A stretch of DNA of 39,884 nucleotides from Candidatus Kapaibacterium sp. Lineage in GTDB: Bacteria; Bacteroidota; Ignavibacteria; OLB7. Of the stretch, positions 25,821 through 36,600 are shown one piece after another (within the stretch, counting starts at the first letter, position 1; every line of letters begins with the position of its first letter). Both the position numbers and the translations under genes were made by a program. The notes under the pieces were generated by a model that saw only the letters and a program-made list of their open reading frames with translations, was not told where the DNA came from and ran no database searches. The stretch spans positions 1 to 39,884 of the forward strand of contig JBDSJW010000481.1 in assembly GCA_039917235.1 (NCBI GenBank). The letters are read 5' to 3'.

Positions 25821-28800
25821 TCATTGCGCGGGGGGGGCGCTCCGTTTGGCGCTTTCAGTAAAGCGGACCGAAACGATTTTCGAAACGCCATCCTCCTCCT
25901 GCGTCACGCCGTACATCGTGTCAGCGGCCGACATTGTGCGCTTGTTGTGCGTGACAATGATAAACTGCGTCTCCTTGGAGAAGCGCCGGACAAGCTGGAC
26001 AAAGCGGTCGATATTTGCGTCGTCCAGCGGCGCGTCCACCTCATCCAGAATGCAGAACGGCGACGGCTTCACCAGGTAGATGGCGAACAGAAGCGCGATT
26101 GCCGTCAGCGTTTTTTCTCCCCCCGAAAGGAGATCGATGGTGTGAGGGCGTTTGCCACGCGGCTTTGCGATAATCTCCACCTGCGCCTCCAGCGGGTCCC
26201 CCTCCTCGATTTTCAGATCCGCCTCATCCCCCTCGGCAAAAAGGGATGTGAAGATATCCACGAAGTTCTTCCTGATCTCCTCGAACGTCTCCATGAACTT
26301 CGTCTGCGCCGTCGTGTTGATCTCATCGATCGTCTCCAGCAGCGTCTTCTCGGCGTTTCGGAGATCATCGCTCTGCCCTTTCAGGAACGCAAAGCGCTCG
26401 CTCTCCTCCTTCCATTCCTCGTATGCCAGAAGGTTGACCGTGCCGAGCATCTTGATCCGTCCCTTGATCTGACGAAGCTCCTCGCGGAGCGCCCCCATCA
26501 GCACCTCGGTCTCATCGCTCGAATAATCCTTGATCTCCAGTTCCACCTCCAGCTCCTCGCGGCCGCGCTGGACCATCGCCTCGGCGCGGAGGCGAAGCTC
26601 GCTGATCTTGATCTCCAGCTCGTGCGTCTGCCCGATCGCCGACTCATATCCCTTCCGTTCCTCGCGCAGCGTCTCGGAATGCTTTACGATCTCCTCGCGT
26701 TTGGCGGCCTGCTGCTTCACGATCTGGTCGCGCCTGATCGTCGCCTCCGAAAGCTCCGCCTTGAAGCTTTCGAGCTGATCGCCCCCCTCGTTCATGGAGG
26801 CTTCCAGCACTTCCAGCTCCTCCTGCGCCCGCTCCCGCTCCACGCGCCGGTTCTCGATCATCCGCTCGGCGTTCTCGCGGTCGCGCCTGATCCTCTCAAG
26901 CTCCACCTTCGCGCTCCGCTCCTCGTTGCGGAAGGAGGCAAGCGAAAGCTGCACCTCGTTCAGGAGTTTGGCGCGCTCGGCAAACCCCGCCTCCACCCGT
27001 TCCAGTTCAACCGCCAGATCGCGCGCGGCCCGCTCTGACTGTTCCTGTTCGGCGCGAAGCTCCGCGCGGCGTGGCTCGGTCCCTTCCAGCAATCCTCCAA
27101 GGCGATGCAGTTCCTCCTCGAATTTTTCCCGCTCGATTGCGTGCTCCTCCAGCAGATCCTCCGCGTACTCCAGCTCGTAATCGACCTGCGCGCGGCGTTT
27201 TTCCACCTGTCCAAGCTCCTGCTGCGCCTTACGGATTCCATCGGAGAGGAGGCCGAGGTTGATCTCGTTATGCTGGCCGGTGACGCGGGCAATCCGTTCC
27301 TCAAGTTCCGCCAGCCCCGCGCGAAGCTCATCAGCCTCGCGGGTCAGCCGTTCAATCTGCTCGCGTTTGCCGATCGTATTTCCCTCGTTCTTCATCTGGC
27401 CGCCGCCGCGGATCACGCCGCCGGCGCGGACCAGCAGGCCATCCAGCGTCACCGCGGTTTCGGCCGCACCGCTGGAGACCACGCCGGTTGCATCCTCCAG
27501 CGTCTCGACAATCAGCGTATGGTTCAGCAGCGTCCGGCGGAGCGCGTCATGCTCCGGCGCCGACGTGCAGAGATCCCCCGCCCAGCCGATCACATTCGGC
27601 CCGTCGATCGTGGCGGGGGATGGCGCGCTGGCGATCCGGTCCAGGCAGACGAAGGTGACTTTCCCCTTCCGGTTGGATGCGAGCGAGTGCATGCCCCGCT
27701 TGGCATCCTCCAGCGTGGGGACAATCAGGTAGTGGGCGGCGCTGCCGAGCGCCGCGGCAACGGCCAGGCGGAAACGCTCATCGGTGGCAAGCGCCTCGGA
27801 GACGGTGATCCGCTCGACGGGGCTCCAGTCCGGCTGGGCAACCAGGAAGCGCACGGACTCATCCTGATCGACAAGGCTGGAGAGAAATTCTATTTTCGAC
27901 TGGCGCGTGTTGATGCCGTTATGAAGATCCTGCGTCCTGCTCCGAAGCTCATCGATCTCCGCGCGAAGCTGCGCCTTCCCCTCCTGTCCCGCCTCGAACT
28001 CCTGCTGCGCGCGGTCCAGCCGGATCTGCGCCGCCGCCTGCTCCGCCTCGATCTCCATCTGAAGCTCCTCCGCCCGCTGCCGGTCGCTCCGCGCCTCCTC
28101 ATCCTCATCATCGAACTGCGAAAGGCGGCCGGAGATATTCTCCATTCGCGCGCGGGTCCGCTCCTCCTCGCCACGCAGCTCGGCAATCCGGTTGATGGCG
28201 GCAATCACCCGCTCCTGCGATCCCTTTGCCTGCCGGCGAAGTTCGTTGACCTCCCCTTCGGCGGAGGAGACCTCGGAGCGCATCGTTTCAAGATCGAACT
28301 CCGCCCCTTCCACCTGCTCCCTGATCCTGATAAGCGCTTCCTCGATTTCCTTCCGGTCGTGCGCCAGCGCCTCGATTCCCCCCTCGGCCTCCATCCTGTC
28401 GCGCTCCGCCCGCTCGATCACGGCGTTCAGCGACCGGCGGCGTTCCTCCGCCACGGCGCGCCGCTGCTCCACCTGCGCAATCCGTCCGCTGATGGCGTTT
28501 ACATCCTTCTGCGCCTCGCCGAGCGCCGCCTCAATCTCCTTGTGCTCCGCCTCCAGCTCCAGCAGCAGCTCCTCCTCCTCGGCAAGCTGCGTATCCAGCG
28601 CCTCCTTTTTTGAGCGCGCCTCCACCAGCCGCACCTCCAGCGGGGAAATCCTGCCGACCGTGGCGCTGTATTCCCGTTCAAGGATTTCCACTTCCAGCCG
28701 CTTCCGCTCCTCATCCAGCTTCGCGAACTCCTCCGCCTTCTTCGCCTGCCGTTCCAGCGAGGAGACCTTCTTGCCGACCTCCTTGATGATATCGTTCACG

Positions 28801-29369
28801 CGGACAAGATCCTGCTGCGTGGAGTCCAGCTTCCGAAGCGCCTCGCGGCGGCGGACCTTGTATTTGGTGACGCCGGCGGCCTCCTCGAAGAGCTTCCGGC
28901 GCTCATCGGCTCGATCGGAAAGGATTGTTTCGATCATCTTCAGCTCGATTACCGAGTAGGCGTTTGCCCCCATGCCGGTATCCATGAAGAGATCGACGAT
29001 ATCGCGAAGGCGGCACTGGGTCTTGTTGAGGAGATATTCGGAATCGCCGTTGCGGAAAAGCCGGCGGGTGATCGTCACCTCGCTGTATTCGGTGGGGAGA
29101 ATTCCCTTTGTGTTTTCGATGGTCAGGGAGACCTCCGCCATGCCGAGCGGGCGGCGTTTGCCGGCGCCGTTGAAGATCACGTTCTCCATCTTGTCGGAGC
29201 GGAGCACCGAGGCCTTCTGCTCGCCGATCGACCATCGGAGCGCATCGATCACATTGCTTTTGCCGCAGCCGTTCGGGCCGACGACGGCGGTGATGCCGTC
29301 ATCGAATTTGAGAACGGTTTTATGGGCGAACGACTTGAAACCGATGATTTCGAGCTTGCTGAGATACAT
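25821..29369 (-). CDS. smc: Chromosome segregation protein SMC
   Basis: 1182 aa. N-terminal MYLSKLEIIGFKSF...VVGPNGCGKSNVIDALRW (Walker A), long E/R/L-rich coiled coils, a central hinge, C-terminal signature LSGGEKTLTAIALLFAI, and Walker B FCILDEVDAPLD. Confidence 0.97.
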   Translation of the reverse strand: MYLSKLEIIGFKSFAHKTVLKFDDGITAVVGPNGCGKSNVIDALRWSIGEQKASVLRSDKMENVIFNGAGKRRPLGMAEVSLTIENTKGILPTEYSEVTITRRLFRNGDSEYLLNKTQCRLRDIVDLFMDTGMGANAYSVIELKMIETILSDRADERRKLFEEAAGVTKYKVRRREALRKLDSTQQDLVRVNDIIKEVGKKVSSLERQAKKAEEFAKLDEERKRLEVEILEREYSATVGRISPLEVRLVEARSKKEALDTQLAEEEELLLELEAEHKEIEAALGEAQKDVNAISGRIAQVEQRRAVAEERRRSLNAVIERAERDRMEAEGGIEALAHDRKEIEEALIRIREQVEGAEFDLETMRSEVSSAEGEVNELRRQAKGSQERVIAAINRIAELRGEEERTRARMENISGRLSQFDDEDEEARSDRQRAEELQMEIEAEQAAAQIRLDRAQQEFEAGQEGKAQLRAEIDELRSRTQDLHNGINTRQSKIEFLSSLVDQDESVRFLVAQPDWSPVERITVSEALATDERFRLAVAAALGSAAHYLIVPTLEDAKRGMHSLASNRKGKVTFVCLDRIASAPSPATIDGPNVIGWAGDLCTSAPEHDALRRTLLNHTLIVETLEDATGVVSSGAAETAVTLDGLLVRAGGVIRGGGQMKNEGNTIGKREQIERLTREADELRAGLAELEERIARVTGQHNEINLGLLSDGIRKAQQELGQVEKRRAQVDYELEYAEDLLEEHAIEREKFEEELHRLGGLLEGTEPRRAELRAEQEQSERAARDLAVELERVEAGFAERAKLLNEVQLSLASFRNEERSAKVELERIRRDRENAERMIENRRVERERAQEELEVLEASMNEGGDQLESFKAELSEATIRRDQIVKQQAAKREEIVKHSETLREERKGYESAIGQTHELEIKISELRLRAEAMVQRGREELEVELEIKDYSSDETEVLMGALREELRQIKGRIKMLGTVNLLAYEEWKEESERFAFLKGQSDDLRNAEKTLLETIDEINTTAQTKFMETFEEIRKNFVDIFTSLFAEGDEADLKIEEGDPLEAQVEIIAKPRGKRPHTIDLLSGGEKTLTAIALLFAIYLVKPSPFCILDEVDAPLDDANIDRFVQLVRRFSKETQFIIVTHNKRTMSAADTMYGVTQEEDGVSKIVSVRFTESAKRSAPPAQ

Positions 29370-29829
29370 CTATGATACTTGAATGAAGGATTACCCATCC
29401 ACCGGCGCGCATCGGCCTGCCGGCCTGGCACCGATTCCGTCCGGAAGGTTCGCGAGAGGTACGGTTGAATCGGGTCAAGTTACGATAAAGAGCGTATCGG
29501 ACCATGACGGAACGGCGGGGAAAACGCGCAAAACGGGAGGAAAATCGGCAGCGGCGGATTGCGGGGCAGTGTGGGCATCCATGAATCGCGGAGCCGGGGC
29601 GTGATCCACGGGGGAGCGCGGACGGGGGAGCTTGCCATCAGCAACCGGAGGATTCAGAATGCAATGTCATCCATATCGCTCAATTCACCGCCATTCCCCC
29701 TGATATCGTCACAAAATGAACTCCCGGCCCTGCTTTTTGGAGCGATTATCCGCTGGCACGCTCATTGAGGAAGAGAGATTACGATCCCTTATGATGATGG
29801 CCCGATCACTATAACTTACCCCGATTCTC

Positions 29830-30033
29830 ATGGATACGAACCGATATATAGCCTATCTGAATGATGTCATCGATCTGGACTCCGGGCTTTCCCGGCACCC
29901 TGACGGCTCCGTCAATGTCAAGGATGTTTACGGAAACAGCCATCGCCTGACGCCCGATCTTGTGAAGCAGCTTGACACGAGCATGCAGACCAGCATCAGG
30001 ACATGTCCGGAATGCGATAGCGGGTGGCGATAG
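29830..30033 (+). CDS. Possible small protein (67 aa) with a C-terminal CPEC motif; weakly supported
   Basis: ATG ORF in an otherwise gene-poor 1.07-kb gap. Its composition is not Arg/Pro-skewed (MDTNRYIAYLNDVIDLDSG...IRTCPECDSGWR). No obvious ribosome-binding site and no recognisable family. Confidence 0.3.
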   Translation: MDTNRYIAYLNDVIDLDSGLSRHPDGSVNVKDVYGNSHRLTPDLVKQLDTSMQTSIRTCPECDSGWR

Positions 30034-30443
30034 ATGGCGGATTGTAAACGAAATGCGGGAAAATGATTCTCTTTCACCGGTTTTGGCGGGGAATCATTTC
30101 TCCGCATTTCGCGTGTTCGGCGGATAATCATCCGCGCAACCGGAGGGGATCATCGATCGGGAAATCCCGCGAATGATGGTGTTCAACGGCCTTATAACCG
30201 AATAAGGGCTCCCCGCCACCACGCGGAAAACCCTTATTGAAACCTTCTCTACGGCCCCCCAATTCCAAACCCCGGAGCTCTACAACGGTCTTCGATCTGA
30301 TTCCAACGGACCTGAAGCAATCAGATCGTATGCGATATGAGCTGGACACTCATATCAATTATGTATCAAAGCGTATGCCGAACTGAGCCAATCGCCCGAT
30401 GAACGTGGAAGCCGTATGAGATAAGAGATTCACGGCGGGATTA

Positions 30444-31844
30444 TCATCCTCTCCGGCTTCCCCTCATCTTTCTGAGAATCACGCCGTATTGCGCCGCCGC
30501 TCCCTCCATGAACTCCTCCAGCTTACTTTCCAGCTTCGGCGAGAGCTTTTTTCCGGCCATCCGTTCATCGATAAACGCGCCGGCAAGTTTGAAGAACCAG
30601 GGGTAATATCGGGATGTGCTGTAGGTAACCCCTTTGGACCGGAGGTACTTGATATGCGCCGGCAGCCGCCGCTCCACGGTATCGAAATCCCCTTCGAGAA
30701 AGCAGAGCGCCGTGTGGAGCATCCGGCACTCCACCTCATACTGAAGATAGAATCCTTTCTGATTGAGAATGATCGCGTCCTCCAGATGCACGCGCGCCTC
30801 GCCGAACCGGCCGGCCATCACCAGGAGCTTGGCCCATATCAGAGCGATATCCTTGGAGCGCCCGCCGCCATGCACCACCAGGTTTGCGCCGGTCCCGAAA
30901 TATTCCGTCAGCAGCTCCTCGGCCCGTTTGTAATCCCCGTTGATGGTGCAGAGCTGGATAAACTTGAAGGTGTGATACTCCTCCCCCGCCAGCACGTCGG
31001 GATAACGCTGGTACAGTTCGCGGTAGAGGTGGAGGGGAGTGGCAAGATCGGTGTGATAGAAATAATGCTCCTCCGCGATCTGGCAGCGGATCTGCACCAT
31101 CTCCTCGCGACTGATCGACTCCGGATAGCGCTCGCAGAGATCGGCGGCGGCGGCAAGGCATTCCATCCGCCGTTCGGGGTTCCGTTTAAGCTGACCGTAG
31201 TAGACGATCCATGATTTCAACTGCCGGAACCGTGGGACGGGGCCGGTCGTTTCCGTGATGCGCGCGTCGTTGCGGCGGAGCCGTTTCTCCAGCGCCAGCC
31301 GCGCACCATCCCCCTTCCGTTGCGAGGCCTCGATCCAGACCTCCATGCCGATCATCGACGCCTCGATCAGAATTGCGGCGTCCGGCGAGGGATCGAATCG
31401 CCTGTAGAGGCGCGCGATCCTGCGGGCGAGCCGTGGGGAATAATCGCTGTTGAACCGGAGATGGAGCACACGGAACGCCTCGCGATAGAACCACTCCATC
31501 TCCCCGCGTTTTCCGGAGGCCACGCATTCCTTTTCCAGCCGGCGAAGTTCATGAAGAAAGAGATCGTGAACGTTCCGATCCGAAAGGTGCTCTAGCAGCT
31601 TCGCCCGATCATCCCCGACCCGTTCGTCAAGGATGCCGCGGAGGAGCCGGGAGCATGTCTTGTCGAACATCGATCCGCTCATCCCGAGCAGGGCGATTGC
31701 CTCGGGCTTCGTCCACTCCGGCGAGCCGCGCCTGGCAAGGAGAAGCTCCAGCACATCGCGCTCACGCGGGCTTGCGGTCAGTCGGTTCAGACGCTCCACG
31801 TCGGCCGGCTTTAACGTACTGAGATATCGGAAGAGATAATTCAT
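30444..31844 (-). CDS. TPR-like helical-repeat protein, possible regulator (hypothetical)
   Basis: ATG at 31844 gives MNYLFRYLSTLKPADVERLNRL.... The C-terminal two thirds are repeated helix-pair-like segments. Track start 32003 would leave only 30 nt to the divergent gene, so a shorter start is preferred; 31925 is another ATG option. Confidence 0.7.
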   Translation of the reverse strand: MNYLFRYLSTLKPADVERLNRLTASPRERDVLELLLARRGSPEWTKPEAIALLGMSGSMFDKTCSRLLRGILDERVGDDRAKLLEHLSDRNVHDLFLHELRRLEKECVASGKRGEMEWFYREAFRVLHLRFNSDYSPRLARRIARLYRRFDPSPDAAILIEASMIGMEVWIEASQRKGDGARLALEKRLRRNDARITETTGPVPRFRQLKSWIVYYGQLKRNPERRMECLAAAADLCERYPESISREEMVQIRCQIAEEHYFYHTDLATPLHLYRELYQRYPDVLAGEEYHTFKFIQLCTINGDYKRAEELLTEYFGTGANLVVHGGGRSKDIALIWAKLLVMAGRFGEARVHLEDAIILNQKGFYLQYEVECRMLHTALCFLEGDFDTVERRLPAHIKYLRSKGVTYSTSRYYPWFFKLAGAFIDERMAGKKLSPKLESKLEEFMEGAAAQYGVILRKMRGSRRG

Positions 31845-32033
31845 GCTGCTGGCAATGTACGAAGAGAGATGGCGATGCCGTTCGCAGGGAGTACAGTTGA
31901 ACCTCCACGCCCCACCACCGGGCATGCGAGTAAGAATATCCTGAATCCTGGTTTTTCCCGGCACCGGCGCGGGCTGAAGTTTGATGCCGGACAGTGGGAA
32001 CATCCCTTCATCAACAATCAGGAGAACGCATCG

Positions 32034-32507
32034 ATGAGATATCCCGTGGCTCTCTTTCTCGTCCTTTTCTGCGGCATGATGATCGCCGCGTGTGGTAGCG
32101 ATCCGGCCAGCTCGACAAACACCACCCCAAATGGATCGATCAGCGCGAAGGTATCCGGCGCAAGCTGGGCCGCAACCAACGTGCAGTCCACCTGGCAGAG
32201 CAATGTCCTCTCGCTCGGCGGCTCGCAGATTCAGGGGAGCGGCAATCAGCAGATCAATATCACCGGGCTTATCTCGAAGACCGGCACATATCAGCTTAAC
32301 CCGTTTGCCGGGCTAAATGCCTCCTATACCGAGGCAACAACATCGGGAGGGGTATCGGCGAAAATCTTCTCGGTAACCAGCGGCACGCTCGTGGTGGGGA
32401 CGCTCAGCGCAACCGGCGCATCCGGCACATTTTCCTTTGAGGCGAAGGAGAGCCAGGGGACCGGAACGCGGTCGATTACCGAGGGGAAATTTGATGTGAA
32501 GTTCTGA
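32034..32507 (+). CDS. Small lipoprotein, beta-rich (recalls DUF6252-type Bacteroidota lipoproteins)
   Basis: AGGAGA lies 8 nt upstream of the ATG at 32034. MRYPVALFLVLFCGMMIAAC-GSD carries a lipobox. The pattern ...GTFSFEAK...ITEGKFDVKF is typical of that family as I recall it. Confidence 0.8.
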   Translation: MRYPVALFLVLFCGMMIAACGSDPASSTNTTPNGSISAKVSGASWAATNVQSTWQSNVLSLGGSQIQGSGNQQINITGLISKTGTYQLNPFAGLNASYTEATTSGGVSAKIFSVTSGTLVVGTLSATGASGTFSFEAKESQGTGTRSITEGKFDVKF

Positions 32508-32632
32508 TGCTGATGGCGACATGCCCGGACCCTTCAACAACGGTCAGATGCGGGGCGGCTGCAACGAAACCATCCGCGGCGTCCTTCCGAACGCCGCGGA
32601 TGATGCTGATCAGAGGCCCGGTAAGCCCATGA

Positions 32633-33400
32633 TCAACCTCTGGGAACTGCTTCGGCGACAAGATCCTTTTTCTTCTGCTGCATAGTCAGATAAACGACCA
32701 GGCTGATGATCGCGACAAGGAAAATGCCGCTGATCAACGTCGTGCTCAATCCCAGACCGCCATCGGCCCGGGGTTGCGTAAGCAGATCGCCCATGGATGC
32801 TCCAAGGGGGCGAGTCAGGATATAGGCGAGCCAGAACGCCAGGACGGCGTTCAGCTTGAAGTAGCGGTAGGCAAGGAATATCAGCACGATCACCCCTCCG
32901 AACAGGAGGGCCGACAGCGGATAGCCCAGGCCGAGGCTCTCTCCTATCAGATCTCCCGCCGACGTGCCCAGCGCAAATGTGAACAGGATCGCCGCCCAAT
33001 AAAACAATTCCCGCCTAGTTGTATAGATGGTATGGACCGACAGCGTCTTCTCGCTTGCATACCACAGCGCGAACACCACAATCAGGGCGGAACCGAACAG
33101 TATGGTCGTGGTCGTCAGACTGATGCCGAGATTATCGACCAGATTATCCGAAATAAGCGTCCCCACAACGCTGATGAAGACAACCACAGCCCAGTATACC
33201 GGCGGCAGATATCGTCTGGCTCTAAGCTGAATGATAAGGACGATCAGCAACAGCCCGCCCATCACATAGGAGGTGATGGTCAACCCGAGGTTCAGCGTTA
33301 CGGACAGATAGTCTCCGGCGGTTTCCCCCACCGTGGTCGCCAGAATTTTTAAGATCCAGAAGACCAGGGTGACCTCCGGGACCTTGTTCAACATTTTCAT
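32633..33400 (-). CDS. Polytopic inner-membrane protein (resembles the COG4705-type uncharacterised membrane-anchored family)
   Basis: 255 aa. MKMLNKVPEVTLVFWILKILATTVGETAGDYLS... is followed by about 7 hydrophobic segments. Confidence 0.85.
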   Translation of the reverse strand: MKMLNKVPEVTLVFWILKILATTVGETAGDYLSVTLNLGLTITSYVMGGLLLIVLIIQLRARRYLPPVYWAVVVFISVVGTLISDNLVDNLGISLTTTTILFGSALIVVFALWYASEKTLSVHTIYTTRRELFYWAAILFTFALGTSAGDLIGESLGLGYPLSALLFGGVIVLIFLAYRYFKLNAVLAFWLAYILTRPLGASMGDLLTQPRADGGLGLSTTLISGIFLVAIISLVVYLTMQQKKKDLVAEAVPRG

Positions 33401-33509
33401 ACTGTTCCCAATCTATATTAATATATCTCCGTACACTCCGGCCAATAGCTGACTGAGCAGCATTCTTCGTGCCGACTTTCACCTCCGGTCCTCCAAGCTG
33501 AGTCGCTCA

Positions 33510-33541
33510 CCCGATCCACTTTCGCCCGCATGTGACCCGTC
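33510..33541 (+). promoter_or_regulatory. Second copy of the CC-N-GATCCACTTTCG-N-CC ... CGTC motif, upstream of the T9SS cargo gene (candidate ECF-dependent promoter)
   Basis: CCcGATCCACTTTCGcCC, then CGTC at 33538-33541 (18 nt after the CAC), about 155 nt upstream of the ATG at 33696 on the same strand. Confidence 0.25.
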
Positions 33542-33695
33542 AGTTGTATATTCCGTTTCCGGTACGCTCCGGGCCGCGAACATGCACTTCGGATTGCATC
33601 CTCTCCGCGCGACGCTTGATCCCCCCCGCCCCTGGGTGATTCGGATCGGCATTCCTTTCCGCGGAAGGCTCCAGACACCAATCAATGGCAGGACG

Positions 33696-36600
33696 ATGGT
33701 TCGACCGCGTTACTCCCTTCCCCTACTCATCTTCCTCCTCTCGCCGCTGTTCCTTTACGCGCAGAAGGAGAAGATGATCTGGTGTTTCGGCGATCTGACG
33801 GGGCTCGATTTTAACTCCGGCGCCCCGGTTCCGTTCGTCGGCAGCAAGCTCTCCACGCATGAGGGATCGGCAAGCGTCGCGGACCGCCATACCGGCGGGC
33901 TCCTTTTCTACACCGACGGAATGACGGTATGGAACAGGAACCACAAGGTGATGCCGAACGGGATCGGCCTGAAGGGATATTTCAGCACAACGCAATCGGC
34001 GCTGATTGTCCCCGCGCCCGGCGATACCACCAAATACTACGTGTTCACGGCGGCTCCACGGGAGGATCAGTACACCAACGGCGTACAGTATTCCGTGGTG
34101 GACATGACAAAGGATGGCGGGCAGGGGGATGTCATCATCAAGAACGTCCTGCTGCTGGCGCCGGCCACCGAACGTCTCTGCGCGGTGACCCATTGCAACG
34201 GCCGCGATTACTGGGTGATCACTCACGGCTGGGATAACGATATTTTCTTTGCCTACCAGGTCACGCGCCGCGGGATTGCCCCGCCGGTCGTCTCACGCGC
34301 CGGATCGTACGAGGGGGCGCCGGACTGGCTTTCGGGCGTCGGATATCTGAAGGCATCCCCCGATGGGAAGCTTCTTGCGCGCGCCATCTACGGACAGAAA
34401 TCGGTGGAGCTCTGCCAGTTCGATAACAGCAGCGGCTATGTCTCCCTTGCCATCACCATCCCGCTCGATCCCGGGCTGCTGAACTCACCGTACGGCGTCA
34501 GCTTCTCCCCCAACAGCACCAAACTCTACGTCACGGAGGCGGCGCTCTATCAGTACGATGTCTCCGCCTATTCCTACACGGAGATCAGCGCGTCCAAAAA
34601 GCTGATCTCCCCGACAAATCTCCTCGGCGCAATCCAGATGGCGCCCGACGGAAAGCTCTACATCGCCAACTCCACAAGCGGCTACCTGGACGATATCGAC
34701 AGCCCCGATTCCGCCGGAGCAAAATGCCTCTTCAACAGCGGCGCCGTCACCTTTCCGGTCGGCAGGTCGGAATCCGGCCTGCCGAACATGATCGATGCCG
34801 ACAGCGGCCGAGTGGAGTCCTATGTTGTTGGCGATGCAACGATCTGCCATGGCGAAAACGCACAGCTCTGGGCCACCGGCGGGACCACCTACGCATGGTT
34901 TCCCACAACATTCCTGAGCTGCCCCACCTGTCCAAACCCGATCGCCACGCCCGACAGCACAACCTCCTACACCGTCAGGATCATGAATCCCGGCCGCTGC
35001 CCGATCATCGACACGGTCCGCGTAACGGTGCGGAACAAGGTGCGGCTGAACGTCGGTTCCACCGCCCCCATCTGCCGGGGCGATTCGCTCCATCTGGTGG
35101 CAACCGGATCGGTCAACTACCGCTGGTCGCCGGCGATCGGCCTGAGCTGCACTACCTGCGCCAACCCGCTGGCATTCCCGTCGATCCCCACCACCTATAA
35201 AGTGGTCGGCACCAACGCCGAGGGATGCCGCGATTCCGCCACCGTCACGGTGCAGCCGGTGGACCGTCCCGTTGCCGAGGCGGGGGCATCCAGCGTGATC
35301 TGCAAGGGAGACGCCGTGCAACTTGCCGCCCAGCCGAACGGATTATCCTACGCATGGAGCCCGGCCGAGGGATTGAGCTGCACCAACTGCCAGCGACCAC
35401 TTGCCACCCCGGAGAAGACAACGGTCTATTATCTCACCGTCTCCAACTCCGTCGGCTGCACGGCGATCGATTCGGTGCAGATCACGGTGATCGATACCGC
35501 GCGCCCCGCCAACGCCGGCCCCGACGTCACGATCTGCCCCGGCGAGCGGATTCAACTGCATGGCTCCGGCGGAATATCGTACTTCTGGAGCCCGGCCGAT
35601 GAGCTGAGTTGCGTTAACTGCCCCGATCCGGTGGCATCGCCGCTGACGACAACAACCTACCGTCTCCTCACGCGCAATCCCAGCCGCTGCCCCGGCATCG
35701 ATTCCAGCGCCGACTCGATCACCGTCTTTGTTCGTCCGCCGGCGAACGTCACGCTCTCCCCCGCCCCGACGATCTGCGACGGAGATAGCGCCGCGCTCTC
35801 CGCATCCGGCGGAATCTCCTACCGCTGGGAGCCATCAAACGGCCTGAGCTGCGCCGATTGCCCCACGCCGATGGCCGCCCCTCAGGTGACCACGCTCTAC
35901 ACCGTCTCCATCACCGACTCCAACGGATGCCGCGCAAGCGACACCATCCGCGTCACCGTCCGCCCAGGCTCCACGGCCGATGCCGGCCCCGACGGATCGA
36001 TCTGCATCGGAGATGCCGCGCCGCTGAGCGGATCGGACGGCGTTGCATGGGACTGGACCCCCTCCACGGGATTGAGCTGCACTGATTGCCGCAATCCGAT
36101 CGCATCGCCGGGGATCACAACGGTATATCATCTTACAGTCGCAAACGCCGAAGGCTGCCGCGGAACCGACTCAGTAACGGTATTCGTCAGCGCGTCGAAA
36201 GCGGTCGATGCGGGGCCTGATGTCACGATCTGCCCGGGCGGAAGTGCAACGCTGAAAGCAACCGGAGGAACGATCTTCCGATGGACTCCCGCCGCCGGGT
36301 TAAGCTGTACCGATTGCCCCGATCCGGTTGCGGCCCCGACAATCTCCACGACCTATTATGTCCAGGCAATCGGGCCGGGCGATTGCCCGTTTATCGACTC
36401 CGTCACGGTCACGGTGTTCAACGCGGCGGCGGTCGATGCCGGCCCGGATATTACGATCTGCTCGGGCGGAAGCGATACGCTCAGGGCATCGGACGGCAAC
36501 GCGTGGCAATGGTCCCCATCCACCGGGTTAAGCTGCACCGATTGCCGCGCCTCCGTTGCCGCCCCCGATTCCACAATAACATATCACGTCACGATCCTGG

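Noticed and set aside
25155-28613. 627-aa and 502-aa plus-strand ORFs antisense to smc
   Set aside because: They arise from reverse-complemented Glu/Leu/Arg/Ala coiled-coil codons (Leu/Arg/Pro-rich output). smc on the minus strand is unambiguous.
29383-29768. ORFs of 73 and 69 aa (29383-29604 and 29559-29768) upstream of smc
   Set aside because: Gly/Arg/Ala-rich with implausible composition, and no start-site context. They are treated as part of the non-coding gap.
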